IMG/VR virus record: IMGVR_UViG_2521172733_000013
DNA: 39,572 nucleotides
DNA from: a virus
Lineage: Duplodnaviria; Heunggongvirae; Uroviricota; Caudoviricetes
Reading direction: 5' to 3' (one strand)
The notes beneath the pieces are model-generated. The model did no database searches and was not told where the DNA came from. It worked only from the letters and a program-made list of their open reading frames with translations. Numbering within the stretch: the stretch's first letter is position 1; each line of letters opens with the position of its first letter. Below, one piece after another: positions 1 through 8,384 of the stretch. The translations under genes and the position numbers were made by a program.

Positions 1-1143
1 CTATGCTGTTTTGATATCTACGATAATCCAGTCTTTACCACGATCATCATTGTATCGGTCGGTCATTTTTCTGGATTTATGACCTAACAACTTTTGCGTA
101 TCCAGACCCTGTTCCCGATATAACCGTTCTGACAGAGATCGCTGCTCATGAAATGTGGGCGCAGTTCCTTGCTCCCATTTTATGCCACATTTTTCCCTGG
201 CCTTTTTAAAAGCCGTTGTAAGAGTATTTGCAGACACCTGGTCTCCTCTGTTTGCTTGAGAGGTAGTGTGACGGTAATGGACCAGATATTTACTAACAAC
301 AGCATCCCTGCACTGAGATATAACTTCACGAAGGGTAATATTCAGAGCATCGCATTTCAGGTTAAGCGGAATAGCAAGTTTTGAACCGGTTTTTTCCTGA
401 GTAATGTGCAACATGTCGTCCCAGATATCAGAGAATTTCAAATTGCAGATATCGCCTAAACGTTGTCCAGTGACAAGAGCAAGTAGCATCCCGCATTTTA
501 AATAGGGCTGCCGTCTGCTTACGCTGTCAAATATTGCCTGCCATTCGGGCAGTGATAATCTTTGGCGGTTTACTCGATTTCGCGGTTGTTTTGTTGCCTG
601 CGCTGGGTTAAATCCTGGCGGAACATGTCCTGCGTGTTGTGCTTCTTTGAAGACGTCGATCAACACCATTCTCACGACTTGCGCCATCATGTTATGACCT
701 TCAGCCTTTACAGCATCAATTATTTCGGCAATATCAAGTGCGGTAATATCCTTGAGGTGTTGCATTCCACAATGCTCACGGAAAAGACGAATGGGTTTGC
801 CTTTTTGCCGATAGGAGTTGGGTCTTAGTTCATTATGTTGCAGCCTGTCCTCCTGGATAGAAATATATTTATCAAGCCATTCTGTCACCGTAATGTCTGA
901 GCGCCTGCCTTTCATTCTTTCTAGACGCTCATTGACGCTTAATATTTGTCGGGTACGTTGTTCAGCAATAATGGTATTTGCTTCAGTAGCAACTTGTTTT
1001 GCTTCATTCTCATCAGTTCCTAAGCTATGAAAACGACCGGATAGTGGATGTTTGTATTGCCAATATACCTTTCCGGTTCGCTTATCTAATTTGCAATATA
1101 AATTGGGTATAGAGATTTTGTGAGATCGGGGTCTAGCAGCCAT
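1..1143 (-). CDS. int: Phage integrase, tyrosine recombinase (lambda Int family)
   Basis: 380-aa ORF whose C-terminal region resembles lambda Int catalytic motifs (HEQRSLSERLY...LLGHKSRKMTDRYNDDRG); overlaps xis start; stop codon at positions 1-3. Confidence 0.9.
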   Translation of the reverse strand: MAARPRSHKISIPNLYCKLDKRTGKVYWQYKHPLSGRFHSLGTDENEAKQVATEANTIIAEQRTRQILSVNERLERMKGRRSDITVTEWLDKYISIQEDRLQHNELRPNSYRQKGKPIRLFREHCGMQHLKDITALDIAEIIDAVKAEGHNMMAQVVRMVLIDVFKEAQHAGHVPPGFNPAQATKQPRNRVNRQRLSLPEWQAIFDSVSRRQPYLKCGMLLALVTGQRLGDICNLKFSDIWDDMLHITQEKTGSKLAIPLNLKCDALNITLREVISQCRDAVVSKYLVHYRHTTSQANRGDQVSANTLTTAFKKAREKCGIKWEQGTAPTFHEQRSLSERLYREQGLDTQKLLGHKSRKMTDRYNDDRGKDWIIVDIKTA

Positions 1144-1369
1144 CAGCGATTATCCGTTGGAGTTTTGGGTTTGCGTTTATTGGGAGTTGCGGTTCTGCAA
1201 GCGTTCCTACAAAACGGGAATTTCGGTCAATCATCCAGTAGCGACCAACTTTTATAGCGGGTGGGGCCATCATTTTCCCTTGCGCGTATTTTTTCAGAAC
1301 TCGCTCACTTGGTGCTAAGTCCCCAAATTCTTCTTTAGCCCAGTCCTGTAAAGTGATTAGTCGAGACAT
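1133..1369 (-). CDS. xis: Excisionase (Xis-like)
   Basis: 78-aa ORF immediately upstream of and overlapping int; N-terminus LITLQDWA... and PPxxKxGR motif resemble lambda Xis. Confidence 0.75.
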   Translation of the reverse strand: MSRLITLQDWAKEEFGDLAPSERVLKKYAQGKMMAPPAIKVGRYWMIDRNSRFVGTLAEPQLPINANPKLQRIIADGC

Positions 1370-1508
1370 TTGTCCTCCTCTTAGCTGCTGAGGGAGTTTG
1401 TGACCGATATATCTGACATGATATTAAGCTCATGGCAGGTACATCTCTTGACTGGTCATAGAGATAAATTTAATGCTGAGAAATGCAGTATTGAATTTAT
1501 CAATTTTT

Positions 1509-1748
1509 CTATTTCCTGCGTATGGCACGTAACTTCTTAATGTGTTCTGCCGTTTCGATCTCTTCTGCTATCCGATCTGCATCAGCTTTATTCACAGGTT
1601 CAAAGTCATGATTAAAGCGGAACATGCTGGCGATACATGTTCTGCCTTTTCGGATGTAGTGAACTTTGTTGTGGGTAGAACGCAGGATTTTGCAGGGAGT
1701 GCCGTGGTGGTCGACGTACCAGGTGTTAGGAAAAATGATTCTGAACAT
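1509..1748 (-). CDS. Hypothetical protein (b-region small ORF)
   Basis: 79-aa ORF in the leftward early operon; no lambda counterpart recognised. Confidence 0.45.
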   Translation of the reverse strand: MFRIIFPNTWYVDHHGTPCKILRSTHNKVHYIRKGRTCIASMFRFNHDFEPVNKADADRIAEEIETAEHIKKLRAIRRK

Positions 1749-1795
1749 TTTTACACCTCAGTTGGACGATGTTGAAATTTACTGCTTTGAGGCCA

Positions 1796-2014
1796 TCACA
1801 GCCCCCATTGTTTGTTCTTAAGTTCGATCTCCTCCTGGCAACTTGCACAAGTCCGACAACCCTGAACGGCCAGGCGTCTTCGTTCATCTATCGGATCGCC
1901 ACACTCACAACAATGAGTGGCAGATATAGCCTGGTGGTTCAGGCGGCGCATTTTTATTGCTGTGTTGCGCTGTAATTCTTCAATTTCTGATGCTGAATCA
2001 ATGATGTCTGCCAT
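1796..2014 (-). CDS. TraR/DksA-family C4 zinc-finger protein
   Basis: 72-aa ORF with CxxCGxxI...17 aa...CxxCxxC pattern (CCECGDPIDERRRLAVQGCRTCASCQ) typical of TraR-like RNAP-binding proteins encoded by lambdoid phages. Confidence 0.7.
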   Translation of the reverse strand: MADIIDSASEIEELQRNTAIKMRRLNHQAISATHCCECGDPIDERRRLAVQGCRTCASCQEEIELKNKQWGL

Positions 2015-2112
2015 CTTTCATTAATCCCTGAATTGTTGGTTAATACGCTTGAGGGTGAATGCGAATAATAAAAAAGGAGCCTGTAGCTCCATGATGATTT
2101 TGTTTTTCATGT

Positions 2113-2394
2113 TCACCGTTCCTTAAAGACGCCGTTTAACATGCCGATCGCCAGGCTTAAATGAGTCGGTGTGAATCCCATCAGCGTTACCGTTTCGCGG
2201 TGCTTTTTCAGTACGCTACGGCAAATGTCATCGACGTTTTTATCCGGAAACTGCGGTCTGGCTTTTTTGATTTCAGAATTAGCCTGACGGGCAATACTGC
2301 GAAGGGCGTTTTCTTGCTGAGGTGTCATTGAACAAGTCCCATGTCGGCAAGCATAAGCACACAGAATATGAAGCCCGCTGCCAGAAAAATGCAT
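2113..2394 (-). CDS. Hypothetical protein (b-region small ORF; true start may be internal Met at 2328)
   Basis: ORF in the leftward early operon between the TraR-like gene and exo; no recognisable domain. Confidence 0.4.
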   Translation of the reverse strand: MHFSGSGLHILCAYACRHGTCSMTPQQENALRSIARQANSEIKKARPQFPDKNVDDICRSVLKKHRETVTLMGFTPTHLSLAIGMLNGVFKER

Positions 2395-2404
2395 TCAGTG
2401 GTTG

Positions 2405-2596
2405 TCATACCTGGTCTCTCTCATCTGCTTCTGCTTTCGCCACCATCATTTCCAGCTTTTGTGAAAGGGATGTGGCTAACGTATGAAATTCTTCGTCTGT
2501 TTCTGCTGGTATTGGCACAAACCTGACTCCAATTTGAGCAAGGCTATGTGCCATCTCAATGCTCGTTCTTAACTCAACAGGAGATGCTTTGTGCAT
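2405..2596 (-). CDS. Hypothetical protein (lambda orf60a-like position)
   Basis: 63-aa ORF just downstream of exo in the leftward operon, colinear with small lambda b-region ORFs. Confidence 0.45.
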   Translation of the reverse strand: MHKASPVELRTSIEMAHSLAQIGVRFVPIPAETDEEFHTLATSLSQKLEMMVAKAEADERDQV

Positions 2597-2747
2597 ACAG
2601 CCCCTCGTTTATTATTTATCTCCTCAGCCAGCCGCTGGGCTTTCAGTGGATTTTGGATAACAGAAAGACCGGGAAATACCCAGCCTCGCTTTGTAACGGA
2701 GTAGACGAAAGTGATCGCACCTACCCGGATATTATCGTGAGGATGCT

Positions 2748-3428
2748 TCATCGCCATTGCTCCCCAAATACAAAACCAATTTCAGCCAGTGCTTCGTCCA
2801 TTTTTTCGATGAACTCCGGCACCATCTCGTCAAAACTTGCCATGTAATTTTCATCCCGCTCAACCACGACATAATGCAGGCCTTCACGCTTCATTCGTGG
2901 GTCATAGTTGGCAAAGTACCAGGCATCTTTTCGCGTCACCCACATGCTGTACTGCACCTGGGCCATGTAAGCCGACTTTATGGCCTCGAAACCACCGAGC
3001 CGGAATTTCATGAAATCCCGGGAGGTAAACGGGCATTTCAGCTCAAGGCCATTGCCGTCACTGCATAAACCATCGGGAGAGCAGGCGGTGCGCATACTTT
3101 CGTCGCGATAGATGATCGGGGATTCAGTAACATTCACGCCGGAAGTGAATTCAAACAGGGTTCTGGCGTCGTTCTCGTACCGTTTTCCCCAGGCCAGCGC
3201 CTTAGCATTAACTTCCGGAGCCACACCGGTGCAAACCTCAGCCAGCAGGGTGTGGAAGTAGGACATTTTCATGTCAGGCCACTTCTTTCCTGAGCGGGGC
3301 TTTGCTATCACGTTGTGAACTTCTGAAGCGGTGATGACGCCGAGCCGTAATTTGTGCCATGCATCATCCCCCTGTTCGACAGCTCTCACGTCGATCCCGG
3401 TACGCTGCAGGATAATGTCCGGTGTCAT
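2748..3428 (-). CDS. exo: Lambda exonuclease (Red-alpha)
   Basis: 226-aa ORF, near-identical to my recollection of lambda Exo ([50 protein letters not shown]...). Confidence 0.95.
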   Translation of the reverse strand: MTPDIILQRTGIDVRAVEQGDDAWHKLRLGVITASEVHNVIAKPRSGKKWPDMKMSYFHTLLAEVCTGVAPEVNAKALAWGKRYENDARTLFEFTSGVNVTESPIIYRDESMRTACSPDGLCSDGNGLELKCPFTSRDFMKFRLGGFEAIKSAYMAQVQYSMWVTRKDAWYFANYDPRMKREGLHYVVVERDENYMASFDEMVPEFIEKMDEALAEIGFVFGEQWR

Positions 3429-4210
3429 GTAGCCACCTTCTGCTCAGTGGCTTTCTGTTTCAGGAATCCAAGAGCTTTCACTGCTTCGGCTTGTGTCAGT
3501 TCTGACGATGCGCGAATGTCGCGGCGAAATATCTGGGAACAGAGCGGCAATAAGTCGTCATCCCATGTTTTATCCAGGGCGATTAGCAGAGTGTTAATCT
3601 CCTGCATGGTTTCATCGTTAACCGGAGTGATGTCGCGTTCCAGCTGACGTTCTGCAGTGTATGCAGTATTTTCGACAATGCGCTCGGCTTCATCCTTGTC
3701 ATAGATACCAGCAAATCCGAAGGCGAGACGGGCACACTGAATCATGGCTTTATGCCGTAACATCCGTTTGGGATGCGACTGCCACGGTCCGGTGATTTCT
3801 CTGCCTTCGCGGGTTTTGAATGGTTCGCGGCGGCATTCATCCATCCATTCGGTAACGCAGATCGGATGATTACGGTCCTTGCGGTAAATCCGGCATGTAC
3901 AGGATTCGTTGTCCTGCTCAAAGTCCATGCCATCAAACTGCTGGTTTTCATTGATGATGCGGGACCAGCCATCAACGCCCACCACCGGAACGATGCCGTT
4001 CTGCTTATCAGGGAAGGCGTAAATTTCTTTCGTCCACGGATTAAGGCCGTACTGGTTGGCGACGATCAACAATGCGATGAACTGCGCATCGCTGGCATCG
4101 CCTTTAAATGCCGTCTGGCGAAGAGTGGTGATCAGTTCCTGTGGGTCGACAGAATCCATGCCGACACGTTCAGCCAGCTTCCCTGCCAGCGTTGCGAGTG
4201 CTGTACTCAT
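3425..4210 (-). CDS. bet: Recombinase Bet (Red-beta)
   Basis: 261-aa ORF matching lambda Bet ([59 protein letters not shown]...); 4-nt overlap with exo. Confidence 0.95.
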   Translation of the reverse strand: MSTALATLAGKLAERVGMDSVDPQELITTLRQTAFKGDASDAQFIALLIVANQYGLNPWTKEIYAFPDKQNGIVPVVGVDGWSRIINENQQFDGMDFEQDNESCTCRIYRKDRNHPICVTEWMDECRREPFKTREGREITGPWQSHPKRMLRHKAMIQCARLAFGFAGIYDKDEAERIVENTAYTAERQLERDITPVNDETMQEINTLLIALDKTWDDDLLPLCSQIFRRDIRASSELTQAEAVKALGFLKQKATEQKVAT

Positions 4211-4215
4211 CCGTT

Positions 4216-4512
4216 TTATACCTCTGAATCAATATCAACCTGATGGTGAGCAATGGTTTCAACCATGTACCGGATGTGTTCTGCCATGCGCTCCTGAAAC
4301 TCAACATCGTCATCAAACGCACGGGTAATGGCTTTTTTGCTGGCCCCGTGGCGTTGCAAATGATCGATGCATAGCGATTCAAACAGGTGCTGGGGCAGGC
4401 CTTTTTCCATGTCGTCTGCCAGTTCTGCCTCTTTCTCTTCACGGGCGATCTGCTGGTAGTGACGCGCCCAGCTCTGAGCCTCAAGACGATCCTGAATGTA
4501 ATAAGCGTTCAT
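4216..4512 (-). CDS. gam: Gam, short isoform (RecBCD inhibitor)
   Basis: 98-aa ORF matching lambda GamS ([21 protein letters not shown]...VDIDSEV). The upstream ATG at 4629-4631 that starts the long isoform in lambda is out of frame here. Confidence 0.9.
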   Translation of the reverse strand: MNAYYIQDRLEAQSWARHYQQIAREEKEAELADDMEKGLPQHLFESLCIDHLQRHGASKKAITRAFDDDVEFQERMAEHIRYMVETIAHHQVDIDSEV

Positions 4513-4585
4513 GGCTGAACTCCTGAAATAGCTGTGAAAATATCGCCCGCGAAATGCCGGGCTGATTAGGAAAACAGGAAAGGGG

Positions 4586-4729
4586 TTAGTGAATGCTTTT
4601 GCTTGATCTCAGTTTCAGTATTAATATCCATTTTTTATAAGCGTCGACGGCTTCACGAAACATCTTTTCATCGCCAATAAAAGTGGCGATAGTGAATTTA
4701 GTCTGGATAGCCATAAGTGTTTGATCCAT
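4586..4729 (-). CDS. kil: Kil (host FtsZ-ring inhibitor)
   Basis: 47-aa [50 protein letters not shown], matching lambda Kil; forms the 3' part of track ORF 4586..4855. Confidence 0.85.
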   Translation of the reverse strand: MDQTLMAIQTKFTIATFIGDEKMFREAVDAYKKWILILKLRSSKSIH

Positions 4730-4862
4730 TCTTTGGGACTCCTGGCTGATTAAGTATGTCGATAAGGCGTTTCCATCCGTCACGTAATTTACGGGTGATT
4801 CGTTCAAGTAAAGATTCGGAAGGGCAGCCAGCAACAGGCCACCCTGCAATGGCATATTGCAT
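4698..4862 (-). CDS. cIII: CIII (FtsH inhibitor, stabilises CII)
   Basis: Hand-translated 54-aa [57 protein letters not shown] starting at the ATG at 4862 (reverse strand); overlaps kil as in lambda. Confidence 0.85.
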   Translation of the reverse strand: MQYAIAGWPVAGCPSESLLERITRKLRDGWKRLIDILNQPGVPKNGSNTYGYPD

Positions 4863-4934
4863 GGTGTGCTCCTTATTTATACATAACGAAAAACGCCTCG
4901 AGTGAAGCGTAATTGGTATGCGGTAACGCTGCGC

Positions 4935-5303
4935 TCAGGCGGCCTTGATAGTCATATCATCTGAATCAAATATTCCTGATGTATCGATATCGGTAATTCT
5001 TATTCCTTCACTACCATCCATTGGAGGCCATCCTTCCTGACCATTTCCATCATTCCAGTCGAACTCACACACAACACCATATGCATTTAAGTCGCTTGAA
5101 ATTGCTATAAGCAGAGCATGTTGCGCCAGCATGATTAATACAGCATTTAATACAGATCCGTGTTTATTGAGTCGGTATTCAGAGTCTGACCAGAAATTAT
5201 TAATCTGGTGAAGTTTTTCCTCTGTCATTACGTCATGGTCAATTTCAATTTCTATTGATGCTTTCCAGTCGTAATCAATGATGTATTTTTTGATGTTTGA
5301 CAT
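4935..5303 (-). CDS. ea10: Ea10 (Ssb-like early protein)
   Basis: 122-aa ORF matching my recollection of lambda Ea10 (MSNIKKYIIDYDWKASIEIEIDHDVMTEEKLHQINNFWSDSEYRL...). Confidence 0.85.
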   Translation of the reverse strand: MSNIKKYIIDYDWKASIEIEIDHDVMTEEKLHQINNFWSDSEYRLNKHGSVLNAVLIMLAQHALLIAISSDLNAYGVVCEFDWNDGNGQEGWPPMDGSEGIRITDIDTSGIFDSDDMTIKAA

Positions 5304-5321
5304 CTATTCATATCCTCATAG

Positions 5322-5349
5322 ATAAAAAATCGCCCTCACACTGGAGGGC
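5322..5349 (-). terminator. Hairpin plus U-run terminator on the leftward transcript between ral and ea10 (tL-type)
   Basis: Plus strand 5331-5349 cgccctcacactggagggc is a 6-bp GC stem; on the minus strand it is followed by a U-run (plus-strand A-run 5324-5329). Confidence 0.5.
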
Positions 5350-5485
5350 AAAGAAGATTTCCAATAATCAGAACAAGTCGGCTCCTGTTTAGTTACGAGC
5401 GACATTGCTCCGTGTATTCACTCGTTGGAATGAATACACAGTGCAGTGTTTATTCTGTTATTTATGCCAAAAATAAAGGCCACTA

Positions 5486-5686
5486 TCAGGCAGCTTTGTT
5501 GTTCTGTTTACCAAGTTCTCTGGCAATCATTGCCGTCGTTCGTATTGCCCATTTATCGACATATTTCCCATCTTCCATTACAGGAAACATTTCTTCAGGC
5601 TTAACCATGCATTCCGATTGCAGCTTGCATCCATTGCATCGTTTGAATTGTCCACACCATTGATTTGTATCAATAGTCGTAGTCAT
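5486..5686 (-). CDS. ral: Ral (restriction alleviation)
   Basis: 66-aa ORF MTTTIDTNQWCGQFKRCNGCKLQSECMVKPEEMFPVMEDGKYVDKWAIRTTAMIARELGKQNNKAA matching lambda Ral. Confidence 0.9.
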   Translation of the reverse strand: MTTTIDTNQWCGQFKRCNGCKLQSECMVKPEEMFPVMEDGKYVDKWAIRTTAMIARELGKQNNKAA

Positions 5687-5756
5687 ACGGATAGTCCTGG
5701 TATTGTTCCATCACATCTTGAGGATGCTCTTCGAACTCTTCAAATTCTTCTTCCAT
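5670..5756 (-). CDS. Small acidic peptide (lambda orf28-like)
   Basis: Hand-translated 28-aa ORF MEEEFEEFEEHPQDVMEQYQDYPYDYDY from the ATG at 5756, overlapping the ral start in another frame; position corresponds to lambda orf28 as I recall it. Confidence 0.4.
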   Translation of the reverse strand: MEEEFEEFEEHPQDVMEQYQDYPYDYDY

Positions 5757-5899
5757 ATATCACCTTAAATAGTGGATTGCGGTAGTAAAGATTGTGCCTG
5801 TCTTTTAACCACATCAGGCTCGGTGGTTCTCGTGTACCCCTACAACGAGAAATCGGATAAACTCTATTCACCCCTACAGAGAGCAAAAGAGAAACGCCG

Positions 5900-6481
5900 A
5901 TGAACAACTCATGGTGGCAGGAACTAATGCATTTTTTCCTGCAAGGAATGACACTTAAACAGTTGATTCATATGCTAATCATCCTGATCATATTGATTAT
6001 TGTTATGCCGGTAAGCGTGAAAGAATGGATAAACCTGCATAATCCAGAAATCCTTCCTCATTACTGGATGTATTACATCCTGTTGTTTTGCGTTAGCTAT
6101 GTGCTTAACGGCGTTGTTAATTCCGCTTATCACGCTGTGACTGAAAGAATTGAGGTATTCGCTGCTCAGAAGCGCAAATCTAAAGAAGAAAAATATGTGC
6201 AAGATTTGTTTGATTCGTTAACTCTTGGAGAAAGAGCGTATTTGGCATTCGCTGTAGCCGCTAATAACCAGCTACAAACGGAAAAGGGAGCTCATGAATC
6301 AATTTCATTGCTCAAAAAAGGACTCCTCGTTCGAAGGCCTCCTGCTGTTGGATATCCTGATACCGACCGTTTCGTTATCCCTGAAAGCTATAGACATGAG
6401 TGCTACATTAGGTTTGCCAGGAAGGCAGACAGCCTTATGGATGAACTTATCGCTCAGGATAAGCATGGCAAAAACAAGTAA
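5900..6481 (+). CDS. sieB: Superinfection exclusion protein B
   Basis: 193-aa ORF with hydrophobic N-terminal segments (LIHMLIILIILIIVMPV), transcribed rightward between ral and N as in lambda; matches my recollection of SieB. Confidence 0.8.
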   Translation: MNNSWWQELMHFFLQGMTLKQLIHMLIILIILIIVMPVSVKEWINLHNPEILPHYWMYYILLFCVSYVLNGVVNSAYHAVTERIEVFAAQKRKSKEEKYVQDLFDSLTLGERAYLAFAVAANNQLQTEKGAHESISLLKKGLLVRRPPAVGYPDTDRFVIPESYRHECYIRFARKADSLMDELIAQDKHGKNK

Positions 6482-6497
6482 TTAGCAAATGAATTTA

Positions 6498-6770
6498 TCA
6501 TCTCGCCGTCAATTGTTTTGATTTCCGGTAGCCTGCCGCGTAAACGGCTACGTTTGGCAGGCAAATACTTCCACTGCATTCATCTGCCTTCTTGCAGCGA
6601 AGGCTTCCGAGTGATGCTGCTTTGTCTGCTCTGACGCAACCAGAGAGCTTTAGCGCAATTTTTCGCGCCAGTCGCTGTTCTTGCATTGCCTGCTCACGTT
6701 GAGCCTGTCTGCGTGCTCTGCGGCGATTTCTGGCGTTATCGTCAGCCAGATATGTAATGACTACTGCCAT
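6498..6770 (-). CDS. N: N-like transcription antiterminator (non-lambda type)
   Basis: 90-aa ORF from the ATG at 6770 with a GGAGG RBS; arginine-rich motif NARNRRRARRQ near the N-terminus; C-terminus YAAGYRKSKQLTAR resembles P22 gene 24 / N-family proteins; sits just downstream of nutL. Confidence 0.75.
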   Translation of the reverse strand: MAVVITYLADDNARNRRRARRQAQREQAMQEQRLARKIALKLSGCVRADKAASLGSLRCKKADECSGSICLPNVAVYAAGYRKSKQLTAR

Positions 6771-6877
6771 GTTGACCTCCGATGATTGACTTTGGCGGTG
6801 ACGCGCCGGGTGCATATCTTTCGGTTGCCGTCATGCAGCTGCACTTCACGTCACCCCAAAGCCAACTACTCTTTGGT

Positions 6878-6918
6878 TCCCGCATTTCGGCGGGACAATC
6901 CCATCAATGTTAAAGAGC
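6878..6918 (-). promoter_or_regulatory. nutL (boxA plus boxB hairpin)
   Basis: Minus-strand boxA GCTCTTTAACA (plus 6908-6918), then 12 nt, then boxB hairpin TCCCGCCGAAATGCGGGA (plus 6878-6895); the boxB is identical to the one at nutR. Confidence 0.7.
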
Positions 6919-6954
6919 CTGCCAATCTGTTCCGTTTGGCTACCAGCGTCCTGC

Positions 6955-7040
6955 TGATGACTTAAATTTAAGATTTCTTTAATTGTTGGTTAAGGGGGTT
7001 TTGAAGAAAACTTAAATTTATTGCGAAGTTTAAGTTTTGC
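6955..7040 (-). promoter_or_regulatory. pL promoter with oL operators
   Basis: Three operator-like sites with TTAAG/CTTAA half-sites (ACTTAAATTTAAGA at 6959-6972; AACTTAAATTTATTGCGAAGTTTAAGTT at 7009-7036) upstream of N on the minus strand; candidate -35 TTAACC / -10 TTAAAT. Confidence 0.6.
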
Positions 7041-7052
7041 TTTGATTTTTAA

Positions 7053-7080
7053 AGGAAAGAAAAAAAGGGGCGAATGCCCC
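7053..7080 (-). terminator. Rho-independent terminator downstream of the repressor gene
   Basis: Minus-strand GGGGCATTCGCCCC hairpin (plus 7067-7080) followed by UUUUUUUCUUUCC. Confidence 0.6.
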
Positions 7081-7731
7081 TTATGGAAGGTTTGCTATTT
7101 TTGCATCGACAACTACACCGATGATTTTGCAGTTCCCGTTGATCTCAATCATCGGATATTGTGGGTTAAGTGGTTTTAGAAACCTTCTGCCAGCATCAAT
7201 AACTAACTTCTTGAAAGTTGCCTCGTTTTCTCCTTCGAGCTTTGCCACTACCAGCTTCCCATTACGAGGTTCTACTTCAGGATCGACTAGTATTATCATC
7301 CCTTCCGGGATGCTAAGACCGGCTGGAGCCGTCATCGAATCACCCTTTACGTCCAGCCAAAACGAATCTTCTGAACAATCTACGGTTGTATCGTACCAGT
7401 TATCTATTGCACGCTTATGATATGGCTCTACAGCTTCCATCCAACATCCTGCGCTTACCCAACTAATTAGAGGATACGAACCTCTTGGATCATGCCTGCT
7501 GTGATAGGCAATGTTTGAAAGACTATCTTCTCCTTTCAACAAGTAATCAGGGGAGCACTGTAAAGCCTTGGCTAAAGCCAATAGGTTTTCGCCATTGGGC
7601 TCAGTTTCAGAACGCTCCCATTGGGAAATAGCAACATTAGACACGCCAACCATCTTGCCAAGGGCAGCCTGCCTAATCTTAAGTTCTTTTCTGCGAGCGC
7701 GAATACGCTCACCCATCAGTTGTGTATTCAT
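7081..7731 (-). CDS. cI: Prophage repressor, CI/C2 type (HTH plus LexA-like S24 autopeptidase domain)
   Basis: 216-aa ORF; N-terminal HTH (QAALGKMVGVSNVAISQWER) and C-terminal S24 domain (GDSM...KLVVAKLEGENEATFKKL); closely resembles P22 C2 as I recall it, not lambda CI. Confidence 0.9.
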   Translation of the reverse strand: MNTQLMGERIRARRKELKIRQAALGKMVGVSNVAISQWERSETEPNGENLLALAKALQCSPDYLLKGEDSLSNIAYHSRHDPRGSYPLISWVSAGCWMEAVEPYHKRAIDNWYDTTVDCSEDSFWLDVKGDSMTAPAGLSIPEGMIILVDPEVEPRNGKLVVAKLEGENEATFKKLVIDAGRRFLKPLNPQYPMIEINGNCKIIGVVVDAKIANLP

Positions 7732-7800
7732 AGTTAAGACATCTTAAATAAACTTGACTTAAGATTCCTTTGATAGATAATTTAAGTATTCTTTAATTTC
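7732..7800 (+). promoter_or_regulatory. oR operators with divergent pR/pRM promoters
   Basis: Operator-like 18-mers AGTTAAGACATCTTAAAT (7732-7749) and ATTTAAGTATTCTTTAAT (7780-7797) with ATTTAAG...CTTAAAT symmetry; pR -35 TTGACT (7754-7759) and -10 GATAAT (7776-7781) upstream of cro. Confidence 0.65.
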
Positions 7801-7811
7801 GGAGCGAGTCT

Positions 7812-7997
7812 ATGTACAAGAAAGATGTTATCGACCACTTCGGAACCCAGCGTGCGGTAGCTAAAGCGTTAGGCATTAGCGATGCAGCAGTCTCTCAGTG
7901 GAAGGAAGTCATCCCAGAGAAAGACGCCTATCGACTGGAAGTCGTTACAGCTGGCGCCCTGAAGTATCAAGAAAGTGCTTATCGCAAAGCGGCATAA
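7812..7997 (+). CDS. cro: Cro repressor
   Basis: 61-aa HTH protein (QRAVAKALGISDAAVSQWK) immediately right of oR; resembles P22 Cro as I recall it. Confidence 0.9.
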   Translation: MYKKDVIDHFGTQRAVAKALGISDAAVSQWKEVIPEKDAYRLEVVTAGALKYQESAYRKAA

Positions 7998-8004
7998 GCA
8001 AATT

Positions 8005-8047
8005 GCTCTTTAACAGTCATGGTCCTTATTCCCGCCGAAATGCGGGA
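8005..8047 (+). promoter_or_regulatory. nutR (boxA plus boxB)
   Basis: boxA GCTCTTTAACA at 8005-8015 followed by boxB hairpin TCCCGCCGAAATGCGGGA at 8030-8047, between cro and the cII-like gene. Confidence 0.7.
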
Positions 8048-8105
8048 ATACAACGCGCATCAGTTGGTGCGTATAACTTCTTATTTGTTAAGGAAATACT
8101 TACAT

Positions 8106-8384
8106 ATGCAACTTACAAGTACTCGCAAGAAAGCGAATGCAATCACAAGCAACATCCTGAATCGAATTGCTGTACGTGGTCAGCGAAAGGTTGCTGATGC
8201 ATTAGGGATTAATGAATCGCAAATTTCGCGATGGAAAGACAGCTTTATCCCAAAGATGGCCATGCTTCTGGCTGTGCTGGAGTGGGGTGTTGAAGACGAG
8301 GAATTAGCAAAGCTAGCAAAGAAAGTAGCCATGGTGCTGACAAAAGAAAAGCCTCAAGACTGCTGCAACAGTTTTGAGGCCTGA
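8106..8384 (+). CDS. cII: CII-like transcriptional activator (P22 C1 type)
   Basis: 92-aa ORF from the ATG at 8106 (RBS AAGGAAA); HTH GQRKVADALGINESQISRWK and conserved MLLAVLEWGV motif shared with lambda CII. Confidence 0.8.
   Translation: MQLTSTRKKANAITSNILNRIAVRGQRKVADALGINESQISRWKDSFIPKMAMLLAVLEWGVEDEELAKLAKKVAMVLTKEKPQDCCNSFEA

Noticed and set aside
2569-2757. 62-aa ORF just downstream of exo
   Set aside because: Overlaps the neighbouring 63-aa ORF, has a poor RBS (GGGGAG only 2 nt from the ATG), and I recall no gene in the corresponding lambda interval.
5412-5663. 83-aa ORF antisense to ral
   Set aside because: Nested antisense to ral, which matches lambda Ral at full length; no independent support.
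6816-7080. rexA/rexB exclusion genes between the repressor and N
   Set aside because: The interval is only ~265 bp and is filled by operators, a terminator and nutL; there is no room for rex genes.
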